Part shown: piece after piece, positions 40,359-50,259 of the stretch
Layout: each line of letters starts with the position of its first letter
How positions within the stretch are numbered: the first letter of the stretch is position 1
DNA from: Pyrodictiaceae archaeon
GTDB taxonomy: Archaea > Thermoproteota > Thermoprotei_A > Sulfolobales > Pyrodictiaceae
NCBI GenBank assembly: GCA_027036135.1
Contig: JALVSY010000007.1
Coordinates: 68,880-132,879 of the forward strand
Length of the DNA: 64,000 nucleotides
Direction: 5' to 3'
Translations under genes and position numbers: made by a program
The notes under the pieces: model-generated
What the model was told of the DNA's origin: nothing
Databases searched by the model: none
The model's input: the letters and a program-made list of their open reading frames with translations, nothing else

Positions 40359-40408
40359 TGTACACCTCTTCTCGGTGCACTAGTGTACATCCAAAAGTGC
40401 ACAATGAT
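40354..40408. promoter_or_regulatory. Nested inverted repeats over the start of the ABC operon, putative operator
   Basis: ATCATTGTACAC..GTGCACAATGAT (11/12 inverted match) enclosing GTGCAC TA GTGTAC. Confidence 0.45.
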
Positions 40409-40655
40409 GCTGGGAAATAAAATCTTTACTCATACGAAAAGGACGTTTAGAAATGCATATTCCGCCAAATTTTACACTAAATTTACTAGATAATAGATAG
40501 TAGAAAACAAGGAAACCCCTAATTCATTATGAAGCTAGTGTATATAGCTTACTTTAAGACTCCGAGAGACCCTCAGTATCGGTTCCCACTGTATTACATC
40601 GTTGCAATAATAGTAATAATACGTATCCGTACTACAGAGCTTACAGGGTACTGCG

Positions 40656-40886
40656 TTGAGTATTGTTATTAGTGTACGTGTGCCTCAAAGACTTAAGGAG
40701 GAGATGGATAAGCTACGCGGCTATGTTAACTGGAGCGAGGAAATAAGAAGGTTTCCTGAAGAGAGAGTAAAGGAGCTTCGTAGAAAACGTGTGCTAGAAG
40801 AGGCTAGGAAGGTCATAGAGAGTCTCCCTGAGTTATCCCCGGGTACCGCTACAGAGTATGTGAGAGAGGACCGTGATAGTCATTAG
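40656..40886 (+). CDS. CopG/RHH VapB antitoxin followed by a 10-codon vapC stub
   Basis: VISVRVPQRLKEEM..VNWSEEIRRF..VREDRDSH; overlapping GTG ORF MIVISASTLV* at 40873-40905. Confidence 0.8.
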   Translation: MSIVISVRVPQRLKEEMDKLRGYVNWSEEIRRFPEERVKELRRKRVLEEARKVIESLPELSPGTATEYVREDRDSH

Positions 40887-40978
40887 CGCGTCTACACTAG
40901 TTTAATAATAAGCTGTGTCCGGAGACTACTTTGATAGAGTAAAATAGCCGAATTCTACTATGGGGCCTAGGTGGTGTG

Positions 40979-41563
40979 TTAGGGTATTTTTATGCCTGGT
41001 ATGCTTGGTGCTTGCCCTGTTTCTGCTAGCTTGCACAGCGTCGCTGCTACTTTGAGCGCTTTCTGTAGTGTTGGCGTGGTCTTTATCTCTATGCTTGTTG
41101 GCTTGGTGTTTATTGGTACTGTTATGTCCTTGTAGCCTATTTTGCCGAAGAGCATAAGCGTTATTATTGTGTAGCCCTTCACCTCTAGGGTTACCCTGCC
41201 CTTTGCCAGGGCGTCTACTACTGCACAGGGCAAGTGGAGAGTGTCTATGAGTAGGCTTAGTCTCACCTTGTTGTGCCCGGGGCGTAGCTCTAGGTATGGC
41301 TTGAGCCCCTCGCCTACGTAGTTGTTGTCCAGGTATAGGCTGTACCATAGGAGCTTTGCCTTGACCGTGCTGTGGGAGGGATTGTACACGTCTAGTACAA
41401 GTGTTACTTTGAGCTGTGTACCGACCGGTGTTATCTCGGGGCGTTGTGCCAGGGTTACTTGCCACCCTGACCTGGTGTAGTAGAGGTCTGCTATGAAGAA
41501 GACTATGCCCAGGATTACTACTATGTAGAATAGTGCTCGTAGCGCGTTCATGGCCTTGCCCAA
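40979..41563 (-). CDS. LEA_2/WHy-domain membrane-anchored protein
   Basis: TM helix, LDVYNPS, YSLYLDNNYVGEG. Confidence 0.78.
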   Translation of the reverse strand: MGKAMNALRALFYIVVILGIVFFIADLYYTRSGWQVTLAQRPEITPVGTQLKVTLVLDVYNPSHSTVKAKLLWYSLYLDNNYVGEGLKPYLELRPGHNKVRLSLLIDTLHLPCAVVDALAKGRVTLEVKGYTIITLMLFGKIGYKDITVPINTKPTSIEIKTTPTLQKALKVAATLCKLAETGQAPSIPGIKIP

Positions 41564-41753
41564 GACGCGGCCACCTCCTTTATTCCTGCCTCCTTGTGTA
41601 CTGGTTCCTTCCTACCTGGTCGCGACCGCGTTATCTCTGTTGCCCCCCTTGTCTCTGCGCGGACCCGGTTGTTTCCAGAGATGCGTGTTTTTCGATAGTA
41701 GAGATAATTACGTCTACTATGCATACTATGTTATCCCGGAGGGCTAGAAGTTC

Positions 41754-42566
41754 TTGAGTAGCGTCCAGGGTCTTCTTAGAAAGTATCGTGGCCTCGTAGA
41801 GAGCCTTGGGGGCGTTGAGGAGCAGGTGTTTGGGCAGCGAGGCGTTTTCTCTGTTCACGGCTTGCTCGCTGGCCTCTACGCGTACACTGCTGGGCTACGC
41901 GCTGGTCTCGACGCGGAGGCGTTGTTCGTGGCAACGGTTCTGAATGAGGCTACGCGGCTACTGGAGAGGCGCATAGGTGATGTGTGCCCGCATCGCCGCG
42001 GAGAATTGCTCGTGGAGGCTCTCCGGGGCGCTGGGTACCCCGAGGAGCTAGTGGAGCGCGTGAAGAGGGTTCTTGACGACCCTGTGGCTGCGAGGATAGT
42101 TGTTGATGCTGCCTCGCTCGCGAAGCTCTCCCTGCCTGGCTTCGTTGGGCTCGTCTACTCTCGCATAGCCCGGGGTAGTGACCTCTTGGCAGGGTTCCTC
42201 GAGGCAGTCTCCAAGGAGCTCACCGCTATACAGAACCTTGGCTGCCTACTAGGCACGAGCACCACGAGGGAGCTGGGCGAGGAGCTTGCGCGGCAGCTAA
42301 GCGAGACAATAATGCAGGGTATAAGGAGCCTAGAGGGGCTAGGAGTACCGATAAGGCTTGCTGAAAAGAGAGTAAATGATCATGTCGTTGTTGTCGCGGA
42401 GCCGGGGCACTGCCCCCGCTGTGGCCACGAGCTAGAGATAGGGGAGGAGGCCAACCCGGGGTGCGGTGGGCTAAGGAGGACCTACCGGTGCCCTAGCTGC
42501 GGCTGGGAGATGAGGGTCACGGTCTGCCCACCACCGCCCTGTAGGCAGGAAGAGAAACAATCCTAG
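41754..42566 (+). CDS. Hypothetical protein: degenerate HD-like helical domain plus zinc ribbon
   Basis: LFVATVLNEA, ARIVVDAASLAKL; CPRCG..CPSCG. Confidence 0.6.
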   Translation: MSSVQGLLRKYRGLVESLGGVEEQVFGQRGVFSVHGLLAGLYAYTAGLRAGLDAEALFVATVLNEATRLLERRIGDVCPHRRGELLVEALRGAGYPEELVERVKRVLDDPVAARIVVDAASLAKLSLPGFVGLVYSRIARGSDLLAGFLEAVSKELTAIQNLGCLLGTSTTRELGEELARQLSETIMQGIRSLEGLGVPIRLAEKRVNDHVVVVAEPGHCPRCGHELEIGEEANPGCGGLRRTYRCPSCGWEMRVTVCPPPPCRQEEKQS

Positions 42567-42639
42567 CACGGGGCTGCCTCACATTTTCTACCGATACCTT
42601 GCCTTCCCTACCGAGGAGCCCCTGGGTTTATTCCTGGCT

Positions 42640-44073
42640 TTGCTACAGCTAGAATATTATACTCTGAGTGTAGTATCTCTAGGTGTAACCAGGGTTGCTG
42701 GGGGATTGGTTGAGCCTAGCGTGTTCGTTGACCGTGGGCACGAGTTATCGCTTCTCGAGGAGCTGTGGCGTAGCGGGGAGCCCGGGTTAGTCATAGTTTA
42801 TGGTCGTAGGCGTGTTGGTAAGACGAGGCTCCTGCTCGAGTGGGGGAGGGGGAAGAGGCTTGTCTATTACCAGGCTAGTCTATGGGGGCATGAGCAGAAC
42901 CTCCAGGGGCTAGTCGAGGCTATTGTCGAGCAGCTTGGCCTCGAGGAGCTCAGGGAGTTCAAGCCTAGTAATCTGAGGGCGTTGCTGCGCCTACTAACTA
43001 GGCTAGTGGGCAACGAGAGACTAGTCCTAGTTATTGACGAGTTTAGTTACTGGCTTCGCGTCGCCGAGCCAGTGCTGGCTGATATACAGTGGTTTGTTGA
43101 CCACGTCCTACCCTCTACCCGGATACTGCTCGTGTTATCGGGGAGCATTATTGGGCTCATGGAGCGAAGCGTCGCTGGGACGGGGGCACCGCTCTATGGA
43201 AGGGCCAGGCTAAGGATTAGGCTAGACGAGCTACCGCCGTGGTGCCTCCCCTTCTTCGCACCGGGGTACAGTGCGGAGCAATTGGTTGAGTTGTACTCGT
43301 TGCTCGGCGGTATCCCCCACTATCTCCGCTTGGTTGATGACTCCCTGGAGCCCCTGGAGGCCTGGCTAAGACTATTCGGCCCTGGAGGCGTGTTGCAGGA
43401 CGAGCCCTTGTTCATAATGAGGGAGGAGTTCCGCGACCCCCATCCCTACCTCTCACTGGCCCGGGGCCTCGCGCCGGGACCGACTAGCCTAGGCAAGGCT
43501 GCTAGCGCTGCTGGTATGCCGACGAGCCACGCCTCTAGGTACATGTACGCGCTCGTCAGCCTCGGCTTCGTTGAGGAGGTGCCGCTCCTCTTCTATAAGC
43601 GTAGGCGCCTCTACCGCCTAAGGGATAAGGCTCTCCGCTCCTGGCTATACCTGCTAGAGCCCCTCCTCATATCGTCTCCTAGGTCGATGCAGAGGCTAAG
43701 GGAGAGATTCACCCACGTAGTCGCTACCACGTGGGAGGAGCTAGCCGAGAAGCACTCAACAACAGTGCTCGCCCCTGGCCAGGGAATCAAGCCAACTATG
43801 GCTGGGAAGTTGCTCTCGCGGGGAGAGGAGATCGACTGGGTGATAATAGATAGTGATAGGGAGCGGGTGCTAGGCGTTGAGGCCAAGTGGAGCGACCTAG
43901 GCCCCCGGGACGCGGAGAGAATAGTGGAGGAGACAAGGAGGAAGATAGCGGCGTTGCTGCCTGCTAGGCTCCGGGGCTACCGCGTCGACGTGGTTATCTA
44001 TGCTAGGAGTTGTGAGGGCTGCGACAACGTTGTCACGGCGAGGGATCTGCCCTGGAAAACAATGTGCAAATAG
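42640..44073 (+). CDS. Archaeal ATPase with C-terminal DUF234 nuclease-like domain
   Basis: FVDRGHEL, YGRRRVGKT, VIDEFSY, APLYGR, GGIPHYL, EEIDWV..VEAKWS. Confidence 0.88.
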   Translation: MLQLEYYTLSVVSLGVTRVAGGLVEPSVFVDRGHELSLLEELWRSGEPGLVIVYGRRRVGKTRLLLEWGRGKRLVYYQASLWGHEQNLQGLVEAIVEQLGLEELREFKPSNLRALLRLLTRLVGNERLVLVIDEFSYWLRVAEPVLADIQWFVDHVLPSTRILLVLSGSIIGLMERSVAGTGAPLYGRARLRIRLDELPPWCLPFFAPGYSAEQLVELYSLLGGIPHYLRLVDDSLEPLEAWLRLFGPGGVLQDEPLFIMREEFRDPHPYLSLARGLAPGPTSLGKAASAAGMPTSHASRYMYALVSLGFVEEVPLLFYKRRRLYRLRDKALRSWLYLLEPLLISSPRSMQRLRERFTHVVATTWEELAEKHSTTVLAPGQGIKPTMAGKLLSRGEEIDWVIIDSDRERVLGVEAKWSDLGPRDAERIVEETRRKIAALLPARLRGYRVDVVIYARSCEGCDNVVTARDLPWKTMCK

Positions 44074-44092
44074 AGAGGATATTTATGGAGAC

Positions 44093-45073
44093 TTAGTGCT
44101 CCTCGGCTACCGTGTCGCGGTGGCTGGCTAGTATTCTTAGCTTTTTGAGGGCTTCTGTGAAGGGTATTAGGTCTAGTGGAGCGCTCGTGGTGAGCGCTAT
44201 CCTTGACTCCTTGCAGGCCCCGCTGACCTCTCTTAGTGCTTTCCTGGTTCTCTCCACGGGGTCGGGATAGATGCTCCTAGCATTGATTACTCCGAGGCCT
44301 ATTCCCCGGGGACAGGCCTTCCCAAGGGCCTCTACTGCCTTGCTGGGTGCGTCAACATAGCTTATCGCCACGTAGTCCGCCTTAGCCCCTGCTAGCTCCT
44401 CCATTGCCTCGGGGCTCGGCGGGTGATAATAAACCGAGAGTATCTTCTCGCCCCCGGCGCCAGCGAAGTACTTGTTGAACAGCTCCCTCACCAGGGCAGC
44501 ATGCTCTTTAGTAGCGTCGGGGTCTCCTAGCCAGGGCTCAGCAACCTCGAACCCAGCAGCACCGACCTCAACAGCGCGGCGAGCCTCCTCGCCAAGAATC
44601 CTTGCAACCTCCTCGACAACGTCCTCGAAGCGGAGCCCACCGAGATCAGAGAGCATAGTGAACGTCACGGGCCCGGGAAGCACGACCTTGAATCCATGGC
44701 CCTTGGGGAGCCTCGCTGAGTACAACTTGGCGCGGCCAGGGAGAACCCACCTAGCGGGATCGGGCTTGTCGCGGAACACTGGTACGCGGTAGAAGAAGTT
44801 GTTGTCAAAGAACCTCTGCAGCCCAGCTATCGCCACATTCCTCCACGCCTCGGCGAAGGGGCGGAGCAAGTCATGCCACGAGAGAACCGGGTCGCTGACG
44901 AGCCTGTAGCCCAGCCCAACCTGTGCACCAATAACCAGTAGCTCCTCCATGAATATCGTCCGCTCAGCCTCCAAGACTGGCAACACACCGTTATCTAGGT
45001 CGCGCATAGCATGCCTAGCATTATCGCTGCGAGGAAACCCTCCCAGCACAAAAGCCTCAACCAAGACCCCCAA
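44093..45073 (-). CDS. MetE N-terminal-half-like protein (non-catalytic subunit of split MetE)
   Basis: GGFPR, WHDLLRP, RFFDNNFFYRVP, LPGPVTF; zinc ligands absent (SAPLDLIP). Confidence 0.8.
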   Translation of the reverse strand: MGVLVEAFVLGGFPRSDNARHAMRDLDNGVLPVLEAERTIFMEELLVIGAQVGLGYRLVSDPVLSWHDLLRPFAEAWRNVAIAGLQRFFDNNFFYRVPVFRDKPDPARWVLPGRAKLYSARLPKGHGFKVVLPGPVTFTMLSDLGGLRFEDVVEEVARILGEEARRAVEVGAAGFEVAEPWLGDPDATKEHAALVRELFNKYFAGAGGEKILSVYYHPPSPEAMEELAGAKADYVAISYVDAPSKAVEALGKACPRGIGLGVINARSIYPDPVERTRKALREVSGACKESRIALTTSAPLDLIPFTEALKKLRILASHRDTVAEEH

Positions 45074-45247
45074 TCCCCCAAGCCAAGAGAACCACTCGCT
45101 ACGAGACTGGGAAGTCCTCTAAGCAATAAAAGCACTTTCTCATAACATAGTCATCAATTAGGCTAAGCTGAATGAACCATGGAAAACACGACTCACGACA
45201 ATATACTCCTAAGCCGAATATTCTTAGCAATGATAACAGGCACGGCA

Positions 45248-45400
45248 CTACCTATTTTCCCTATCCTGGCGTATTAGCGGCGTACTATCGCTCACCTTTT
45301 TCATTACTGAAAGGTTCTCTCTTAGGATCTCGGCGAGCCTCACCATTTCTTCACGCCTATGATCCTTCTCGGAGCACTTAGGCCCACAATCCCTGTTCAT
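45248..45400 (-). pseudogene. VapB-type antitoxin remnant
   Basis: ..REEMVRLAEILRENLSVMKKVSDSTPLIRQDRENR*; typical antitoxin C-terminus without the DNA-binding N-terminus. Confidence 0.45.
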
Positions 45401-45513
45401 ACTGTGACGCCTCGCACCTATTCTAGTACCTTTTTCGTTGAAAGGTCGCGGTTATAGCTTATCCTAATCACCTATGCCGCGACCAAGCTATAGGCAGTTG
45501 TGATGGGTAATGG

Positions 45514-45577
45514 GGGTGCGTCGGCCAGCAGCCCCTTCTCGTCATCAATGGCTCGGCTCCGCGGTTTCTCCCCACCG
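45514..45577 (-). ncRNA. Possible C/D-box sRNA with degenerate C box
   Basis: g GTGGGGA gaaaccgcggag CCGA gccat TGATGA cgagaaggggctgctgg CCGA cgcacc. Confidence 0.35.
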
Positions 45578-45673
45578 GGGACAGATTGGCTCCAGTTATT
45601 CATTATTGGGCTTATTGAGAGTGTTAGGGTTTTGTCTCCTCTCGGAACAAGCGTGTTAAGGGATTCCTCGCTG

Positions 45674-46360
45674 ATGGGTGGTGCTTGCTCTGTGAATAGA
45701 CTTGTTTACTTGTCTAGGACGTCTCTCCTAGTGTTTCACAGCGTTGCTCCGTTATTTCGGCGCTTGTGGAGGCTTGGCGACATGGTTTTCTTTGTTCCTC
45801 GTGGTGTCTTTAACCCGGTTGTCTCGGTCTCTTCTGCTTTGCTTGTGGAGCTTGTTAGGAGGTATGCTAGGGGCCTTGTTGTTGATGTTGGGTGTGGCTC
45901 TGGTGTGCTCAGCGTCGCTGCTGCTAAGCAGCCTCGCGTGGATCTGGTTCTCGGTGTTGATTCATCTCTTGTCAGTGTCGCGGCTACCTGTGTCAATGCC
46001 CGGCTCAACGGGGTGGAGGATAGGATTCGTTGCTATCCTTCGTGGAGACGCCTCCTAGGAGAGGTTACTAGCCGCGGCGGCGCCGACACCGTTATCGTTA
46101 ATCCCCCGTATCTTCCCTGCGACCCCTTGTTAGTGGGCGAGGAGGCGTGGTGCGGGGGCAGGGACCTGGGCATCGCTCTTGGGCTCTTGGGTCTCGGCCT
46201 AGGGCTTCTCCGGGACAGTGGCGTGCTCTTGGCTAGCTTCTCTAGCCTAAGCGGGTCCAGGATACCAGGCTTTCTACGGAGCAGGGCTAGGTGTTTCGAC
46301 AAGGTATCTAGGAGGATCGGGGCCGAGGAGATAGTGGCGGTCGCGTGTAGGCCTGCATAG
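45674..46360 (+). CDS. HemK-related class I SAM-dependent methyltransferase
   Basis: VPRGVFNP, VDVGCGSG, NPPYLP. Confidence 0.82.
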   Translation: MGGACSVNRLVYLSRTSLLVFHSVAPLFRRLWRLGDMVFFVPRGVFNPVVSVSSALLVELVRRYARGLVVDVGCGSGVLSVAAAKQPRVDLVLGVDSSLVSVAATCVNARLNGVEDRIRCYPSWRRLLGEVTSRGGADTVIVNPPYLPCDPLLVGEEAWCGGRDLGIALGLLGLGLGLLRDSGVLLASFSSLSGSRIPGFLRSRARCFDKVSRRIGAEEIVAVACRPA

Positions 46361-46457
46361 GAGCCCTTTATTGTCGTCTCAGGGGCTTTGTCCTATCTAT
46401 TTATTCCCCTTCTCGGCGCTATGTGTTTCTCCTCCCTAGAGAGGGGCTTTTGGGGCC

Positions 46458-47495
46458 TTGAGGACAGGGGTAATAATAGCGCTCATAGTTGTTGGCGCGT
46501 TGCTGCTACTCGCCGCCCGTGTCTTGGAGCAGCCGTTGCTCGGGATGGGTGCTGCGCTTCTCCTAGTGGCTGTTTTCGGCGAGCTAGCCGTGTATGGCGT
46601 GGAGGGCCTCTCGGCCCGCGTAGGGCTAAGCGGCTATGCGTCGAGCGTTGTTGTTAACACTATAGCTGTGCTACCTGAGCTCTTCTCTGCGCTCGCTCTC
46701 GGGCTACGGGCGCTTGGTGCTGGGAACCAGTGGCTCGCGGAGATAGCTTTGCTCTCGGTGCTGGTTAGTGCCTCCTTTAACTTCGTCGTGCTGGGCTTGG
46801 TAGGCCTAATAGCGAGGGGTGTTGGTGTAGCGGAGGAGACGTTGCACCTAGAGCTCCCTTGATGAGGGTCACTGTTGCCTCGGTGGCCCTTCTCTCAGCC
46901 TACGCGGTCATAGAGGCTGGTCTCGGCTCCATCCATGGCTCTATTAGGGCCCCGGTAGCGCTTCTCGTCGCGCAGCTAGTCTTCTGGGCCTACTACGTAG
47001 CAATGGCTGTTAGGAGCGGGCTAGGCGGGGAGAGACGCGAGGCTCCGCGTGGCTGGCTAGTCCTCTTAGTAACGGGTATACTTGGTTATGGTCTTCTCCG
47101 CGGAGATGTTGGCGGGGAGCATTGAGGAGATGATACACAGCCTCCACATAGAGCACATAGGTGAAGCAGCGCTAGCCGTGGGGGTAGCGAGTAGTGCGCC
47201 CGAGGCAGTACTAGCACTACTAGCCACGAGGAAGGGAAAGGCACAAGAGGCTACCGGGGGCTTGCTGGCGGCTTCCTCCACGTCTCTTCTCCTCATCTAC
47301 CCCCTGGTCTATATGCCGCTAGCCAAGGCCTTGCCAATGGACGCGTTCACGACCTACACGCTCGCGATGCTCGCAGCGATACTCTGGGTCACGAAGAGGA
47401 GCCTAGCACACGAGAATATGCTAGACACCGGCGAGGCTCTATACATACTCGTACTAGCCTCCACCGCGATGGCAACGCTAGCAGCAGTGAAATAG
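46458..47495 (+). pseudogene. Na+/Ca2+ (Ca2+/cation) exchanger family transporter with two frameshifts
   Basis: Alpha-repeat motifs AVLPELFSA and SSAPEAVLA in three consecutive ORFs joined by shifts near 46858 and 47087. Confidence 0.72.
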
Positions 47496-47644
47496 CATAG
47501 GGACTGGGCCTTAACTGCTATCCTCCTTGGCTTAGGTAATGTAGAATTCATTATATCTCAGCGCTTTTTATCCTTCGGCCAGCCTCTCCTCATAAATCAT
47601 ACCTCTTCGACTGGAGGCGTAACCTTCTTGGCTCAAGCAATGCT

Positions 47645-48853
47645 GTGGAGCAGGCACTAGCTAGGCGAGGGATTGTAACTGCCTTGTCTCTGTGGGTTAC
47701 GTTGGGCGGTGTTAGCCAAGCGTTACTAGGCCTAGTGGAGATAGTGCTGTATACCTTCATTGCCTACCAAGGAGGAGTCTCTGGTACCTCCCTTGCCCTA
47801 CTAGCCGCTGCTTGGAGCTTTGTGTTCTTCGTCGCTAGTCGCTTAATGGCTCCTAGTGCCGAGGCTGGGTGCAACAAGGGCCTCGGCCTAGTAGCGCTTG
47901 TCTCTATGATTGCTAGTGTTGTCTCCTTCGCGGCGCTCCGCAGCCTTATTGGTGCCGCCGCTGCGTTCCTATTCCATGCCGTGGCCTCGGCCTCGCTGAG
48001 CGTCTCGCTGGGGCTCACATCGATGGAGTATACTGAGTACAGGTACTGGGTGAGGATAGACATTGTTGAGCGTATCCTCAGCCTACTCTTCATCGGCGCT
48101 GTCCTAGTTGCTCTCGGGAGGAGGATTGTTACATGGTCGCCTCTCGAGATGATGCTGGCTGGTCTCGGCGCCGTCGCCGCCTATTATGCCGCTATACCGC
48201 CCGTGGTGCTCGACTTCGAAAGAAGATACTACAGGTTCAATAGGTACGTGGAGAGCATAAGGGGTTACGTGCATGCCATGAGTGTTCTTAGCTACATAGG
48301 CTCTCCCCGAGTCATGGAGGCGGCTTATTCACGGATAAGGGCGAGGATACCGAGCTACCTGAGCCCCGAGAGAGTCGCTCTAGGAGCGCTACTAGCAACC
48401 GCTGTCGGAGAGTACATAATGGCTGTTCTCCCAGTCAACATGAGGGACATAATGGCACTGACCACGCTGTGGCAGGGATACGGCTACGCAGCGATAATAA
48501 CAGCTATAGCTCTGCTGCCAATAGCACTTACCCAGAGAACGAGCCCAGTACTAGCTGGCTCCCTCTCACTTCTCCGAGGCGTTGTACTCGTAGCCTTCTT
48601 CCCCTTGCTCCGCACTATAAGGGATATAGCACTCTACGTAGCCGCTTCCTCGATACTCTTCGGCATAATAGACGCTATACTCGCGAACTACTTCGTTGAC
48701 GCCGCCTATGCGCGCAGGGGAACCTTTTACCAAGCAATGAGGGAGATAGGAAGCGTGGTAGGCCCCTTGCTTGCAGCAGCGCTGTACGGCACGGGCTTGT
48801 TCGGCCCAGTAGCAATAACCCTAGCCATATTCTCCCTTATAGTCCTGCTTTAG
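47645..48853 (+). CDS. MFS-like multi-pass membrane transporter
   Basis: About 12 TM segments; GTFYQAMREIGSVVGPLLA. Confidence 0.72.
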   Translation: MEQALARRGIVTALSLWVTLGGVSQALLGLVEIVLYTFIAYQGGVSGTSLALLAAAWSFVFFVASRLMAPSAEAGCNKGLGLVALVSMIASVVSFAALRSLIGAAAAFLFHAVASASLSVSLGLTSMEYTEYRYWVRIDIVERILSLLFIGAVLVALGRRIVTWSPLEMMLAGLGAVAAYYAAIPPVVLDFERRYYRFNRYVESIRGYVHAMSVLSYIGSPRVMEAAYSRIRARIPSYLSPERVALGALLATAVGEYIMAVLPVNMRDIMALTTLWQGYGYAAIITAIALLPIALTQRTSPVLAGSLSLLRGVVLVAFFPLLRTIRDIALYVAASSILFGIIDAILANYFVDAAYARRGTFYQAMREIGSVVGPLLAAALYGTGLFGPVAITLAIFSLIVLL

Positions 48854-48866
48854 GCTTTGGAGAAGA

Positions 48867-49355
48867 ATGGGGTGTTTCCAAAAACCTATTTTAGCCCGTG
48901 ACAAAATACTTCTTAGTACTTTAACTTGGGTGAAAGGAGCCACGACGATATCTCTCCGAGATGCAATAGCTTATTTGCTCTGGCGGCACGGGTGCCTCCA
49001 TGCGTACCGGATTAGCAGGATACTAGTGCTCGCTAACTGGAGGGCCGAGGAGAAGCTAGGCAAACCAATAACACGGTTCAGCGTCGAGGGCTTTGAGGCA
49101 GGCTTCGTTATACCCGAGATAGGCGAGATAAAGGAGAAGGTCAAGAAAGGGGAGGAGAAATGCATAGTGCCAAACGAGGAGAAGAAGTGCTTCGAGTACA
49201 CCTGCAACGAGCCGGTCAACATACCCCCGGAGTACGCCGAGATAATAGACCAGGTAGCAGAGGAGACGAAGAACCTGGACGATGTCTCCCTTAACCGCCT
49301 TGTTATCCGTGATCCGCGCTACAGGGAGCTCCTCGGAAAAGGTGGGTTCCGGTGA
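48867..49355 (+). CDS. Hypothetical protein, SocA/Panacea (DUF4065)-like
   Basis: RISRILVLANWRAEEKLGKPIT resembles the KLLYLAD..GRPIT pattern; overlaps the next gene. Confidence 0.55.
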   Translation: MGCFQKPILARDKILLSTLTWVKGATTISLRDAIAYLLWRHGCLHAYRISRILVLANWRAEEKLGKPITRFSVEGFEAGFVIPEIGEIKEKVKKGEEKCIVPNEEKKCFEYTCNEPVNIPPEYAEIIDQVAEETKNLDDVSLNRLVIRDPRYRELLGKGGFR

Positions 49356-50239
49356 GAGTAAAGCTCGCCGTCACCGGGGGTAAGGGTGGTACTGGTAAGA
49401 GCACAGTAGCCACTAACCTCGCTGCTCTCCTGGCCCGTGAGAGGAGACTAGTATTAGCGGATCTCGACGTAGAGGCCCCTAATGACCATATCCTGCTCGG
49501 GGTGGGCCTCGAGAACGAGGAGCCTGTGAAGATAATGCTGCCATTCATAGACTACAAGAAGTGCACTAGGTGCGGCGTTTGCGCAGAGGTCTGTGACACG
49601 GGGGCAATAGTGCTTACCCGGGACAAGACGCCTTACGTTGTGCCGCGTCTCTGTAGCGGGTGCCGTGCCTGCTACTTCGCGTGCCCAGAGAAAGCGATAA
49701 TCGAGGGACAGCGCGTAATAGGCTACACCTATCACACAAATGTCCGGCTCAAGACGAGTAGCTTCGACCTAGTAACCGGGGTTCTGAGGGAGGGCGAAGA
49801 GCACACCCCGCCAGTGGTCTTAGCGGCTAGGCGCCGAGCAATGAAGCTAGCCAATGACGTTCTACTCGTTGATACGAGCGCTGGCACTGCTAGCCATGTA
49901 GCGATAGCGCTTGAGGGCTCCAAGCTAGCAGTAGCTGTTACGGAGCCCACGCCGCTAGGGCTCCACGACCTAGAGATGATTCTGAAAATACTGAGCGAGC
50001 AGGGAATAGAGGCATGGGTCGTAGTTAATCGCTGGGGGATAGGCTCCTCAGGGAGAATGATGGACCGGCTAGCCGAGACCGCTAGGAACTACGGCGCCGT
50101 CATCAAGGCACGTATACCCTACTCCAGGGACATCGTGGACTCCTACGTCAAGGGAGTACCCATAGTTGAGATGCTCCCTGATCACGAGGTCTCGAAGGTC
50201 TTCTACTCACTAGCCAAGGAGATACTCGAGACGATCTAG
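49352..50239 (+). CDS. MinD-superfamily P-loop ATPase with inserted ferredoxin domain (COG1149)
   Basis: GGKGGTGKS, DLDVEAPNDH, CTRCGVCAEVC, CSGCRACYFACP, VTEPTPLGLHDL. Confidence 0.9.
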   Translation: MRVKLAVTGGKGGTGKSTVATNLAALLARERRLVLADLDVEAPNDHILLGVGLENEEPVKIMLPFIDYKKCTRCGVCAEVCDTGAIVLTRDKTPYVVPRLCSGCRACYFACPEKAIIEGQRVIGYTYHTNVRLKTSSFDLVTGVLREGEEHTPPVVLAARRRAMKLANDVLLVDTSAGTASHVAIALEGSKLAVAVTEPTPLGLHDLEMILKILSEQGIEAWVVVNRWGIGSSGRMMDRLAETARNYGAVIKARIPYSRDIVDSYVKGVPIVEMLPDHEVSKVFYSLAKEILETI

Positions 50240-50259
50240 GCAAGCGGGGTGAGCGGGGA

